A program made the translations under genes and the position numbers. Of a stretch of DNA of 64,000 nucleotides, positions 36,146 through 46,206 are shown piece after piece (position 1 is the stretch's first letter; the number at the start of each line of letters is the position of its first letter). The stretch lies in NCBI GenBank assembly GCA_964510945.1, contig CAZEED010000002.1:16924-80923 (forward strand), read 5' to 3'. The DNA is from an uncultured Candidatus Saccharibacteria bacterium. GTDB lineage: Bacteria; Patescibacteriota; Saccharimonadia; Saccharimonadales; JAGQNJ01. Below the pieces are notes generated by a model. The model had not been told where the DNA came from. It searched no databases and saw nothing but the letters and a program-made list of their open reading frames with translations.

Positions 36146-37425
36146 ATATAGGTATTGATGCGACAGTACTTCAATCAGGACACCGAATGCGCGGTATAGG
36201 TGCCACCTTAATTAACTTTATAAACAATTTACCTGAAGATGCTAAGACAAATCATACATTCATACTATATTTATATGATGACGCTGAAAGCCCACTCGAT
36301 TTAATCAATCTCAACGGGATAGAATACTCGACAAAATATATTGATAGACCAAAACAAAGCTCAATAAATCTACCAAGAAGACTAAATGCCATTAATCGAT
36401 TAATTAATTTTCTTCATAAAAAGCGTGACATATTATTCGGCGACAGCCGGATAAAAAACTTAAAAGAACTTGATTGGTTCATTCAATTTGATCAAAACCA
36501 ACCTTTACCAGCTCGTCATAAAGTTAGTTCAACATTAATTTTGTACGATCTAATTCCCTACGTTATGGAAAATGAATATCTTTATTCGTATAAAACAGCC
36601 CGAAAACGAGGACATTCACGTAAAGGTGCGTTGCTACATCATGTTGTCAGGCGAAGCTATGCTAAAAAGATACGAAAAATTGCAAAACGTGCTATACGCC
36701 TTATTGCTATATCCAAATACACTAAAAAAGACTTTGTAAAATATTTAGATATTAAACCGCAGAATATTACTGTGGTTCATTTAGGGATAAATCAACTAGA
36801 TAACAAGTCCAACCTAGAGGATGAACCATCGTTTCAGAGATATATAGCCACTAGCTGGGGGTATCTTCCAGAAGCCGTATCTATTGAATCTCAGAAATAT
36901 TTACTATTTGTTGGGGGCGCTGACCCTCGTCGTAAACTAGTTGATCTTGTAGGGGCGTTCAATAACCTTCGTGCACAAGGTCACGATATCAAATTAGTTC
37001 TCGCAGGCGACACTATGCTAGGAGCATTTAAAGTGCCTCATGCTGAATTGCAAAAGTACTTAAAGCATACTTCTTATCTTGAAGATATATATTTTCTTGG
37101 TTTTGTTGATGAAATCCAACGTGACTGGCTATACAAAAACGCGATTGCTTTCGTCTATCCAAGTGTTTATGAAGGGTTTGGGTTGCCGATCCTAGAGGCC
37201 ATGCAGTATGGAACGCCAGTCATTACATACGATAATTCATCTATTAAAGAGGTTGCCGGCAATGCAGCTATGTATGCCTCTGATTATATGGATATCATTA
37301 GACATGTAAAAATAATAATCTCTGACAGTAAGGTACGTCATAAGTATGGGGCCCTAGGGCAACGACAGGCATCAAAATTTACATGGTCAAATACAAGTTC
37401 AGATATTCTAAAATCTATCGCTTGA
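36142..37425 (+). CDS. glycosyltransferase family 4
   Basis: FVYPSVYEGFGLPILEAMQYGTPVITYDNSSIKEVAG. ATGA overlap with the upstream GT4. Confidence 0.85.
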   Translation: MNIGIDATVLQSGHRMRGIGATLINFINNLPEDAKTNHTFILYLYDDAESPLDLINLNGIEYSTKYIDRPKQSSINLPRRLNAINRLINFLHKKRDILFGDSRIKNLKELDWFIQFDQNQPLPARHKVSSTLILYDLIPYVMENEYLYSYKTARKRGHSRKGALLHHVVRRSYAKKIRKIAKRAIRLIAISKYTKKDFVKYLDIKPQNITVVHLGINQLDNKSNLEDEPSFQRYIATSWGYLPEAVSIESQKYLLFVGGADPRRKLVDLVGAFNNLRAQGHDIKLVLAGDTMLGAFKVPHAELQKYLKHTSYLEDIYFLGFVDEIQRDWLYKNAIAFVYPSVYEGFGLPILEAMQYGTPVITYDNSSIKEVAGNAAMYASDYMDIIRHVKIIISDSKVRHKYGALGQRQASKFTWSNTSSDILKSIA

Positions 37426-38722
37426 GATTCAGTATTAATACGCGAGTTTTCCTAATGATACGCCTAAAAGCTCTCTTTGTTTGTTTTTTTAGGTCTGGGA
37501 GCGCAACATACTTTAATTCACTTTTTATTGGCTCAAGTGTATACGTCCACTGAACTCGTTCAACTTGCTGCTGTTGTGCAATACTTCTGTCTAGTTTTTT
37601 TATACCGATTATATTATTAATAAGTTTTTTAAAGTCTGAGGGACGATCTGCTATATAAATATTTGGTAAATATTTATACTCCTCGAATCCTCTAAATGCA
37701 AAAGAGGTTGCAATTACTTTCTTGCCTGAGAGTATTGCCTCTGCTGTTTTCAGATTAGAGCCTCCACCCGAAGTAATTGGTAATAATAGAATGTCGCTCT
37801 CTTGGATCAAACCGGCGAGCTCGTCATCATTAATATGTTGGACCCCAATCATACTCTTCCAAAATAGTTTCCCTTTTGGAGTGGATTTTTTATATACCTC
37901 ATTGAAATATCCAACGACACCGCCAGCTGAAACGAATTTATATCCCGACTTGATGAATGAGGTATCTTCACCTATCATTTTTATAAAGCCGAACCAGTTT
38001 GGTGGATGGCCGCTGCCAACAAAAGTCGCCATACCCTTGATTCTTCTTGCTTGTTTAAATTTTTTCCATTTATTAATCGAATACTTACTAGGAATAATTT
38101 TTTTGATTCCATTGTTCGCAATTACAACTCGCTTCGCTCCCATTGCTCTATGCGCTTTTGCATCGTTCTCACTAACTGCAATAACCAGATCTGCATCGCG
38201 TGAAAACGCTTCTTCTAGCTCTCTAATTTGATTCAAAATCTTTTTGGTATTCAACTGATTCAGGCTTAAACCTTTAAATATTTCCGCCTTCATTAAATGT
38301 TCAATATTTTGGGAGCCAAATACAATCTTTGGCGACATGTTCAGATCACGAAGTAATTCTTTTAATCCAGCATATAGAAAAACTTGCTCAACATGTATGA
38401 TATTTGGTTTATATTCCATAAGTAGCTTCGCGAACTGACTTCGTACGTGAAAATCCTTGCTTATTGATTCTCCGACTAATAACTCTCCAGCATGTGGACT
38501 AGAGTTAATCTTTTCTAGTATTTCTGGGTCACCAAGACATATATCTGTTGACTTATACTCATCTTCGCTAAAGGTAGTCTTGTTAAAAATTGCACAAAAT
38601 TTAACTTCTAAGAAGTTCTCACTATAGAAGTCATACAAAGCAGATGTCCGTTTTTGCCCACCATGTTTAGGTTTTATAATCGGGTATGGTGCTATAAGTA
38701 GCAATCGTTTTTTTATTTTCAT
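37415..38722 (-). CDS. GT-B fold glycosyltransferase
   Basis: LLLIAPYPIIKPKHGGQKRTSALYDFY N-terminus and LLLPITSGGGSNLKTAEAILSGKKVIAT C-terminal region. The 3' end overlaps the convergent GT4 by 11 nt. Confidence 0.55.
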   Translation of the reverse strand: MKIKKRLLLIAPYPIIKPKHGGQKRTSALYDFYSENFLEVKFCAIFNKTTFSEDEYKSTDICLGDPEILEKINSSPHAGELLVGESISKDFHVRSQFAKLLMEYKPNIIHVEQVFLYAGLKELLRDLNMSPKIVFGSQNIEHLMKAEIFKGLSLNQLNTKKILNQIRELEEAFSRDADLVIAVSENDAKAHRAMGAKRVVIANNGIKKIIPSKYSINKWKKFKQARRIKGMATFVGSGHPPNWFGFIKMIGEDTSFIKSGYKFVSAGGVVGYFNEVYKKSTPKGKLFWKSMIGVQHINDDELAGLIQESDILLLPITSGGGSNLKTAEAILSGKKVIATSFAFRGFEEYKYLPNIYIADRPSDFKKLINNIIGIKKLDRSIAQQQQVERVQWTYTLEPIKSELKYVALPDLKKQTKRAFRRIIRKTRVLILNLKR

Positions 38723-38725
38723 AAT

Positions 38726-39559
38726 TTACAGCCTCTCCCATTCTGGGGGTGTTAATTCCAATGTATTATACGACGTGTCATTAAGCCACTTCTTTGGAGC
38801 GAATACAACCTTTTCTTCGTTTTGATTTAGCCATGCTCCCCACCAACTAAATGAACTGTTTGCAATTATATTGTGTTTGCATAAAGTCATGAGACGCATA
38901 TCTTCAAAACAGTTTTTGCCTTTATTAAAATCAACAAATGTAGTGTCATTATTAAAGTCGAGGGTTTTTTTGCACCATTTTAGATCATCAGAGAATACAA
39001 AATAATGTGGTTTATTTACTTTTTTTCCCATTCGGGTGATTGCACTTTTATAATATTGAAGTGTTGCGATTCCATGAAAATCATTTGTTTTTTTAACATT
39101 AACATAATCGCCCCTGCGCACATGAACTGCTACCGACTGGCATTCCTTTATACGGCGAATCATTTCTCTATTCTTCTTTGATGTATTCTCAGGAAAAGTA
39201 AATATGTCGGCGATAGTTTTTTTGTAATTCTCATAATATTTATAGTTTTGCCAGTAACCGTCAAGCAATACGTTACCCGTAGTTTTATTAAACTTATCTA
39301 GGTAGATGAAAAATTCATCGCTTAGTTTAGTCGGTGGCCTAATCCGTAATTTTATTATGTCTTTCATCCTCAAATTCTCATCCTTAATACCGAATATATC
39401 CAGCTCGAACTCTCTTTTTGTAATGTGGTCCGGTTTCTGTTCGCTAAACCAAGTTGTATCTATGTACAGTCTAGAATCCAATCTCCGTGACAAGACCAGC
39501 CCTGCGGCATACTGAAACATTTGATTACCTAAACCACCATATAGTTTTGTTATTACCAT
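38726..39559 (-). CDS. alpha-1,2-fucosyltransferase (GT11)
   Basis: GGLGNQMFQYAAG, AVHVRRGDY and ANSSFSWWGAWL are the three GT11 signature motifs. Confidence 0.85.
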   Translation of the reverse strand: MVITKLYGGLGNQMFQYAAGLVLSRRLDSRLYIDTTWFSEQKPDHITKREFELDIFGIKDENLRMKDIIKLRIRPPTKLSDEFFIYLDKFNKTTGNVLLDGYWQNYKYYENYKKTIADIFTFPENTSKKNREMIRRIKECQSVAVHVRRGDYVNVKKTNDFHGIATLQYYKSAITRMGKKVNKPHYFVFSDDLKWCKKTLDFNNDTTFVDFNKGKNCFEDMRLMTLCKHNIIANSSFSWWGAWLNQNEEKVVFAPKKWLNDTSYNTLELTPPEWERL

Positions 39560-40501
39560 TCAATTACCTCTGCTTTTCTTGTACCAACTTATAGTTTCAC
39601 GTAACCCCACCTTAAAGGAAGTTTTTGAAACAAACCCAAATTCCTTATTCGCTTTAGTGGTATCTAGTTTTCTTCTGGGTTGTCCATTGGGTTTAGACGT
39701 ATCCCACTTAATTTTGCCCATATAGCCTGTTTGTTGAGCAATTATAGTAACAAGATCTCTGATTGTAATCTCTTCTGAAGAACCAATATTAACTGGTTCA
39801 CTACTGTTATATTTTTCTGCAGATAGCAAAATAGCTTCTGCCGCATCACGCACAAACAGAAACTCTCTCGATGCGCTTCCATCACCCCAAACAGTTATTG
39901 TTGACTCATTAGCGTCAACAGCATCTACGCATTTCTTAATCAATGCAGGTATAACGTGTGATGTTTCTGGGTCAAAATTATCTCCAGGACCATATAGATT
40001 TACTGGCAATAAAAAAATCGAGTTATATCCATACTCCTCGCGATAGGCCTGTGATTGGACAAGCATCATTTTTTTAGCTAAACCATATGGTGCGTTAGTC
40101 TCCTCTGGATAACCATCCCATAAAGACTCTTCCTTAAACGGAATAGGAGTATTCTTTGGATAAGAACAAACTGTGCCTAATGCCACGAACTTTGGTACAT
40201 TAAATACTTTCGCATACTCCATTAACAATGATCCCATTATTAAATTATCGAAGAAAAACTTACCCGGATGTTTTTTGTTCGCTCCAATTCCTCCAACTAC
40301 TGCAGCTAAATGTATTAAAATGTCACACGGATAATCTTTGTACATTCTTGTAATATCAGTCTTATTTGTTAAGTCATAATTTTCATGACTTGGTGCACTT
40401 ACCAAAGCTCCTATACTAGCTAATCTTTCACATACATTAGCGCCTAAAAAACCAGATCCTCCGGTGACTAATACTCTTTTTTTATCCCAATACTTATTCA
40501 T
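39560..40501 (-). CDS. fcl: GDP-L-fucose synthase (GDP-4-keto-6-deoxy-D-mannose 3,5-epimerase/4-reductase)
   Basis: [82 protein letters not shown]. Directly adjacent to the GT11 gene. Confidence 0.85.
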   Translation of the reverse strand: MNKYWDKKRVLVTGGSGFLGANVCERLASIGALVSAPSHENYDLTNKTDITRMYKDYPCDILIHLAAVVGGIGANKKHPGKFFFDNLIMGSLLMEYAKVFNVPKFVALGTVCSYPKNTPIPFKEESLWDGYPEETNAPYGLAKKMMLVQSQAYREEYGYNSIFLLPVNLYGPGDNFDPETSHVIPALIKKCVDAVDANESTITVWGDGSASREFLFVRDAAEAILLSAEKYNSSEPVNIGSSEEITIRDLVTIIAQQTGYMGKIKWDTSKPNGQPRRKLDTTKANKEFGFVSKTSFKVGLRETISWYKKSRGN

Positions 40502-40541
40502 CTATCCTCATTCTAACAGATTGATACTACCATTATGTCGT

Positions 40542-42794
40542 CTAGTTAATAAAACTTTTGTGCTTTTTGATAGATTGCAAGAAACGATCCATTGAATGGC
40601 GCTCTAATATCAATTGCTGTGCGGCTTTACTAATTTCTCTTGATTCTTTGGGGCTCTGTATTATTTGTTTAAATGCCTCAACATATCCATTGATGTTATC
40701 AAATGGGTTGACTAGGTAGCCTGTCTTTCTATTTATTATTAATTCGTGGATTCCGCCGACATCTGACGCCACGACAATAAGACCTCCACAAATTGCCTCC
40801 AATATAACGTTAGGCATTCCCTCCCATTCTGAAGTTAGTAAAAATACATCGAATTCTTTTAATGGTAGTGTCCCCAGACCACCTTCGAAAGGACCATGAT
40901 AGATAACTGCTTCTGATTCCTCGATATTATGGATATAGCTATGGTCCTCAAATGCAGGACTGCCGTAAACATGGAACTCTAAAGGTAATCCTTCTTTTTT
41001 TGCTTTGGTAGCAATTTTAATAAGATTGTCAGGGCGCTTTTCTCTATCAATTCTGCCAGCCCACAATATCCTTAATGGACGATTCTCGAATTCCTTTGTG
41101 GAAGTTTTTATCAACTTAGTGAAATCTACAGGCTGATATAAAACTGAGAATTTATCAGCGTCTACTGCCATATGTTCAGTTAGCCTACGTGTAATTGCGA
41201 CATTATCCGTAAATACCTGCTCTACATTATCTATAGCGTCTTGCATACGATCTATAAAAACATGTGTATTTCTGCCTTCAGTTGTTCTATCGATCGAAAA
41301 TATCGAAACGAAAATTTTAGTATTTTTTGAAATAGCTTTTCCAAATCGCTCGACTGCCATGTACCCAGGGATAGAGTTAATTAATAGTAGTTTTTTTGGT
41401 GTAAGCTGTACTGTCAATAATGATATTAGGCGTGCTTGCTCATTATCATCGAGCAAAAAGAACGATGGGCCCGGCTTAACTAAAGAGATACGTTTATCAA
41501 GTTGGGCACTATACGGAGATGTGTCATCTGAAGTAGTAGCTATTATAATTTTCTTAGCTGAATCAAGGTTAAGTATTGCTTTACAATAGTTTGATACTAG
41601 CTTCTCTGCGCCACCGTTTTTCATAAACGGTATTAGTATTAAATAATCTGTATTTTGTGGTATTTCTGTTGCGAGCTCCCAATACGCATCTGTGAATGCA
41701 GTTGGTTGTGGATTATATATTTCTATCACGTCTTGTAAGTGTTCTGACATAAATACCCTGTAGTCTATTTCGTGTAAACTACGTATCTCGTCTAGAAGCC
41801 ATTCAGGCATTTTATTTCTTTTTTTGTTATCTACTGGACGGAACAAATGTAGAGTCTCATATTGCATTTTTGATGAATATTCCTCAAGTCGGGGATGTAT
41901 TCTTCGTGATATTGGTTTTATGAGTCTATTAAACAAGTAGTTAACTATTGATCGAATATTAGCTAGCGATTTTGATTTAATTCCCATATGTCCTATATTC
42001 GCTACATCTAAATGATTTGGATCAGAAACTTTTCCAAGACTTTTTGGCAAAAAGTATGGGGTTTTTGGTATGATGCAATTTTGCCATGTCATAAAACGTG
42101 ATTGATGCTGTTTTACTCTATATGCGTACATTGTCTTTGGAGCTATAACATGCTCAACCTCTGCAAATAGCGTGTCGCAGTTCCAAAGCCAATCCTCATA
42201 GCCAAATGATTCTTCTGATCTTGTTTGTCGATATGGATATTTGCTGACAGTATGTTTGTACGCCATCATAAGGGAGCAATAGTAATTTATTTCTACAGAA
42301 TTTCTATGAGAGAAATAATCAGTTTTTGAGTCACTCATTTTCCATAACAAATCACGACTCCCAAAATATAATGAATATTCTGGATGTACTATTTTTTCAT
42401 CTTCACTATCCTGAAGTTTCTTAAGGCCCTCGACAAGCCAATTCTCACACATTAGATCATCGCCATCAATTACAGTAATTACCTTTGCATTTGCAATATT
42501 TATACCAAAATTTCTTGATAAACCTACATCTTTAAATGAAACCTTGTGAATTAAATTAAGTGATTTGCTAGTTTGTTTTAAGTTCTCTTTAAGATATTTA
42601 TTTGTACTACTATCAACATTGTCAGCAACAATAATTAATTCCACCCCTAATCCATGTTTAGTAGCATAGTCCATTGATCTTTCGATACTTTTTAAAGAAT
42701 GGTGAAATAATCTACCCTCATTGTGAACACATACGATAATACTGATATCTACCATTTTCCTGTTTTTTGTTTTTATTGAATTGTTTATATTCAT
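40542..42794 (-). CDS. bifunctional glycosyltransferase (N-terminal GT2 + C-terminal GT4/GT-B)
   Basis: N-terminus ISIIVCVHNEGRLFHHSLKSI...VIDGDDLM (GT2 DxD). Centre LILIPFMKNGGAEKL. C-terminus VFLLTSEWEGMPNVILEAICGGLIVVASDVGGIHELI (GT4). Confidence 0.75.
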   Translation of the reverse strand: MNINNSIKTKNRKMVDISIIVCVHNEGRLFHHSLKSIERSMDYATKHGLGVELIIVADNVDSSTNKYLKENLKQTSKSLNLIHKVSFKDVGLSRNFGINIANAKVITVIDGDDLMCENWLVEGLKKLQDSEDEKIVHPEYSLYFGSRDLLWKMSDSKTDYFSHRNSVEINYYCSLMMAYKHTVSKYPYRQTRSEESFGYEDWLWNCDTLFAEVEHVIAPKTMYAYRVKQHQSRFMTWQNCIIPKTPYFLPKSLGKVSDPNHLDVANIGHMGIKSKSLANIRSIVNYLFNRLIKPISRRIHPRLEEYSSKMQYETLHLFRPVDNKKRNKMPEWLLDEIRSLHEIDYRVFMSEHLQDVIEIYNPQPTAFTDAYWELATEIPQNTDYLILIPFMKNGGAEKLVSNYCKAILNLDSAKKIIIATTSDDTSPYSAQLDKRISLVKPGPSFFLLDDNEQARLISLLTVQLTPKKLLLINSIPGYMAVERFGKAISKNTKIFVSIFSIDRTTEGRNTHVFIDRMQDAIDNVEQVFTDNVAITRRLTEHMAVDADKFSVLYQPVDFTKLIKTSTKEFENRPLRILWAGRIDREKRPDNLIKIATKAKKEGLPLEFHVYGSPAFEDHSYIHNIEESEAVIYHGPFEGGLGTLPLKEFDVFLLTSEWEGMPNVILEAICGGLIVVASDVGGIHELIINRKTGYLVNPFDNINGYVEAFKQIIQSPKESREISKAAQQLILERHSMDRFLQSIKKHKSFIN

Positions 42795-42831
42795 ATGACT
42801 AAATTACTTAACTAATATGGTAGATTTATCT

Positions 42832-43590
42832 TTATCTCTCACGTGGAGCATATTTAAATAATGCTTCGTATCTTTCAGCTATTTCATTAGGTGAACCTTC
42901 TGTTTGAAGCTTACTATCTTCGATTAAAATAGCACGATCACAATATTCCCGAACTGCAGTCATATCATGACTTACAAACACAACAGTTATTTTTTCTTTT
43001 TTTAACTTCTTAAAATACTCAAAACATTTGTGTTGAAAATCGGTGTCACCAACAGCTAAAACTTCATCAATCAACAATATATCTGCCTTAGCTCTGACCG
43101 CCATCGAGAACGCCAGTCTAACCTGCATACCCGATGAATAATTTTTGAGTTTTTGATCCATGAATTTTTCTAGTTCGGCGAACTCAACAATATCTTTATA
43201 TAAGTCGTCTATTTGCTTATGGTCAAAACCTAGTAAAGCACCATTCAAATAAACATTTTCCCTGCCAGTTAGTTCTGGGTTAAAACCCACCCCTAATTCA
43301 ATAAAAGGCACAAGTTTTCCAGACGTCTTAATAGACCCATCACTAGGTTGATATATGCCGGCTAATAATTTTAGAAGAGTACTTTTACCACTGCCGTTTC
43401 TACCTACAATACCAAAAAATTCTCCTTTGTTTATCTCAAAAGAGATATTTTTTAGCGCGTGCTGTAATTCATAGCCTTTTTCACTTCTAAAGATATTTAC
43501 AATCTTACTTTTAAGAGAATGGTACTTTTCATGAGGTAGTCGAAAATCCTTAGAAACATTTTCAACTATTATCACAGGCTGTAGGTTCAT
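42832..43590 (-). CDS. wzt: polysaccharide ABC exporter ATP-binding protein (Wzt/TagH-like), no C-terminal carbohydrate-binding domain
   Basis: Walker A GRNGSGKST, signature YSSGMQVRLAF, Walker B ILLIDEVLAVGD. Only 252 aa. Confidence 0.85.
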   Translation of the reverse strand: MNLQPVIIVENVSKDFRLPHEKYHSLKSKIVNIFRSEKGYELQHALKNISFEINKGEFFGIVGRNGSGKSTLLKLLAGIYQPSDGSIKTSGKLVPFIELGVGFNPELTGRENVYLNGALLGFDHKQIDDLYKDIVEFAELEKFMDQKLKNYSSGMQVRLAFSMAVRAKADILLIDEVLAVGDTDFQHKCFEYFKKLKKEKITVVFVSHDMTAVREYCDRAILIEDSKLQTEGSPNEIAERYEALFKYAPRER

Positions 43591-44411
43591 TAAACGTTCT
43601 CCGCAAAATATTTTGATTGTTTTCTAAAAAAGCTCATGCCTATGGCTGCAGTAATTACGACTATTATTAGAGGAATTAGTGCGTACCATCCACCGTCGAA
43701 TAATTGATAAGCGGTCGTTGTCTTGTCAGTTATAAGGCCATATCTTGCATCTTGTATTATCTGCGCTAATGGATTCATCATGACTACTTTCGCTAGTGTT
43801 TCACTCTTATCACTAATAAAGGAGAAAGCATAAAGTATAGGGGTTACATAGAACAACATCTGCGTCATGACTTCCCATATGAATCCTATATCACGATACT
43901 TAACAAATACTGCGCTCAAATAAAAAGATATAGCTAAAGAAAACACAAATAGCTCAAAAATTAATAAAGGTAAGAATAATGCATACTTATTTGGCTCTGC
44001 ACCAGATATCCACATAAAAACAAATATAACAATCAAATTTAGGCTTAGGTTTATGAGTGCAGAAATCGCATTTGATAGAATTATTATATACCTAGGAAAA
44101 TTAATCTTTCTTAACAAATCTCCCTTTGCAACTATTAAACTTACAGCCCCCGTGGTAGCCTCTACAAAAAAATTCCAAAAAACCAGCCCAAGCAAAAGGT
44201 AGGTTCCGAAATGAGGTACATCGCCTCCTGTATTTAATATCACTACAAACAATACGTACAAGACTCCGAATAAAAATAAAGGCCTTAAGAGTGACCATAA
44301 ATACCCAAGAACTGAATTTTGATATCGTAGCTTAAAGTCTGTCAGCACTATCTGTCTCAGCAGAATATAGGAATATCTATATCGATTTTTTATTTTTTGC
44401 AACAGATTCAT
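43590..44411 (-). CDS. wzm: ABC-2 type polysaccharide exporter permease (Wzm/TagG-like)
   Basis: 273 aa, 6 TM helices, FKLRYQNSVLGYLWSLLRPL N-terminal ABC-2 motif. 1-nt overlap with wzt. Confidence 0.8.
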   Translation of the reverse strand: MNLLQKIKNRYRYSYILLRQIVLTDFKLRYQNSVLGYLWSLLRPLFLFGVLYVLFVVILNTGGDVPHFGTYLLLGLVFWNFFVEATTGAVSLIVAKGDLLRKINFPRYIIILSNAISALINLSLNLIVIFVFMWISGAEPNKYALFLPLLIFELFVFSLAISFYLSAVFVKYRDIGFIWEVMTQMLFYVTPILYAFSFISDKSETLAKVVMMNPLAQIIQDARYGLITDKTTTAYQLFDGGWYALIPLIIVVITAAIGMSFFRKQSKYFAENV

Positions 44412-44437
44412 ATTATTGAACTATTGTATCAGTTTTA

Positions 44438-45316
44438 TTAATGATTTGTCGTGCGCAGGTTACTTTTTTTATTACGCCTAAAACTGAGTTTTTTAAGTTT
44501 TTTTGTCTTTTTTAATCTGATAGGGTGTTTGTCCACATTAAGGTACCAAGTGAGTCGACCGTCTTTACTAAAGATATATTCCACATCATCATCGTTAATT
44601 AGTGGCAGATATGGAATTATTACTTGTAAGGCCTTGAGTGATAAATCTCCGTTATTATTCTCGCGTGTCCAATACGAATCATGTCCGTGGCGATGATAGT
44701 AGTGACTGTCTTTTAGCACTACGGTTTTGCAACCAGCAGCCGCCTGCTTGACACCAAAACCCCATGCATCTAGTGCTCCTGCAAACTCTGGGTATCGTCC
44801 GGCACGTATCCAACTATCCTTAGTATATAAATAATTGCCACTGGCAGCAGGAATAATGGTATTTGAAAGACATTGTTCAAAATTGTAGGTGCTTTTTCTA
44901 TCGAAAAACCAGCTATGCGTCGGGTTACTTTTATCATGATTAAAAAATCTAATCTCCTGAAAAACAGCAACGTCAGCCTTTTCTTTTAACAGTTTTTTTT
45001 GTAAGGGTTCAATACTGTTAGTTGCTAAAACATTGTCTGAATCTAAGCAAAAAATAAGTTGGTTTTTCGCAGATTCAACAGAAGTATTCCTTGCAGCTGC
45101 ACCTCCTTTATTAAATTCGTGATTAATAAGTCTGATGTTAGCTTTTGGATTAGTTTTAATAATCTTTTTTATAATATTCTCAGTCTGGTCTGTCGAGCAA
45201 TCATTGGTAATTATTAATTCGTCATTTTGGTCAAAATTTGATTTCAATATTGAATATATCGATTCTTTGATTGTTTCCTCGGCATTATATGCCGGCATAA
45301 TAAATGAAATACTCAT
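44438..45316 (-). CDS. glycosyltransferase family 2
   Basis: ISFIMPAYNAEETIKESIYSIL...ITNDCSTDQT...CLDSDN (DxD). Confidence 0.8.
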   Translation of the reverse strand: MSISFIMPAYNAEETIKESIYSILKSNFDQNDELIITNDCSTDQTENIIKKIIKTNPKANIRLINHEFNKGGAAARNTSVESAKNQLIFCLDSDNVLATNSIEPLQKKLLKEKADVAVFQEIRFFNHDKSNPTHSWFFDRKSTYNFEQCLSNTIIPAASGNYLYTKDSWIRAGRYPEFAGALDAWGFGVKQAAAGCKTVVLKDSHYYHRHGHDSYWTRENNNGDLSLKALQVIIPYLPLINDDDVEYIFSKDGRLTWYLNVDKHPIRLKKTKKLKKLSFRRNKKSNLRTTNH

Positions 45317-45336
45317 TGATGCCTATCCTTGATTAA

Positions 45337-46206
45337 CTATATTTTGATTGATGCTAGTTCATCTAATAAAAGCTTACACCATTTTTGATATGCAAGTTTG
45401 TCGCTATATACTTTTTTGGCCAATTTACCCATACTTTTTAATTGGCTTAACGAATAACTATCTATCAAATCTGAAATTCTATTAACATTATTTGAATAAA
45501 TACTTACTGTATCCCAATCGATATAATTTTTAAATGGTCTGGTGTCTATATCGCCAATTAACATAGGTACAGATCCAAGTTGCATTGCTTCATAGAATCT
45601 AAATGAACTTCCTCCGTAACCACGTGGAGCAAGACTAATATATGAAGACTGTAATAACCTTATATAATCATTTACTCCTATATCACCGTCATTTATGAGT
45701 ATGTTTTTTTTATTCTGTAAATTATTATTCATTTTAATTCTAAAAGGACTAGTGCTTAATCTGCCTGAAAAGGAGGCTAGATATTTCTTTCTTGTTATTC
45801 TATTAATTCTACTAATTGATGATGCTAGCAATGGAGCATCTCTATTTTTCCGATCTTTTCTAGATGACAAGAACTGAACCGTATCCCCAATCTCTACTAA
45901 TGGACCATCGTCATATTGGCATACAGTAAAAGTCTTCTGTGGATTGATAATAATCTTATCTACATTACTTTGTAGATCTTTAACACCAATATTCCCGTAT
46001 TCATGGTTAAGGTGCCACCGAGTCCAGAAAATTGGTAGATAATGCCAGTCGGCATCTTTCGGCTTACTAGTTAATAATAATTTATTGTTTTGAAGATAGT
46101 CATAAAAATCTTGTTCTACGCCGTAATCTTTATTATAGGCTGGGTAAACAAATGGTTGTGATTTTGGTTGTAGCTTTTTTGGAACCTCGAGTATATATAT
46201 CTTCAT
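45337..46206 (-). CDS. exostosin (GT47)-like glycosyltransferase
   Basis: KKYLASFSGR... and SSYISLAPRGYGGSSFRFYEAMQLGSVPMLIGD resemble the exostosin-family C-terminal motif (F.L.P.G....S.R..EA...G.IPV). Confidence 0.55.
   Translation of the reverse strand: MKIYILEVPKKLQPKSQPFVYPAYNKDYGVEQDFYDYLQNNKLLLTSKPKDADWHYLPIFWTRWHLNHEYGNIGVKDLQSNVDKIIINPQKTFTVCQYDDGPLVEIGDTVQFLSSRKDRKNRDAPLLASSISRINRITRKKYLASFSGRLSTSPFRIKMNNNLQNKKNILINDGDIGVNDYIRLLQSSYISLAPRGYGGSSFRFYEAMQLGSVPMLIGDIDTRPFKNYIDWDTVSIYSNNVNRISDLIDSYSLSQLKSMGKLAKKVYSDKLAYQKWCKLLLDELASIKI

Noticed and set aside
37722-38231. 169-aa plus-strand ORF inside the 37415-38722 glycosyltransferase gene, and similar antisense ORFs (11332-11733 in uppP, 23333-23683 in ugd, 26923-27243, 44451-44696, 46448-46729)
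   Set aside because: Shadow ORFs opposite or out of frame to well-supported genes. No motifs and no translation signals.
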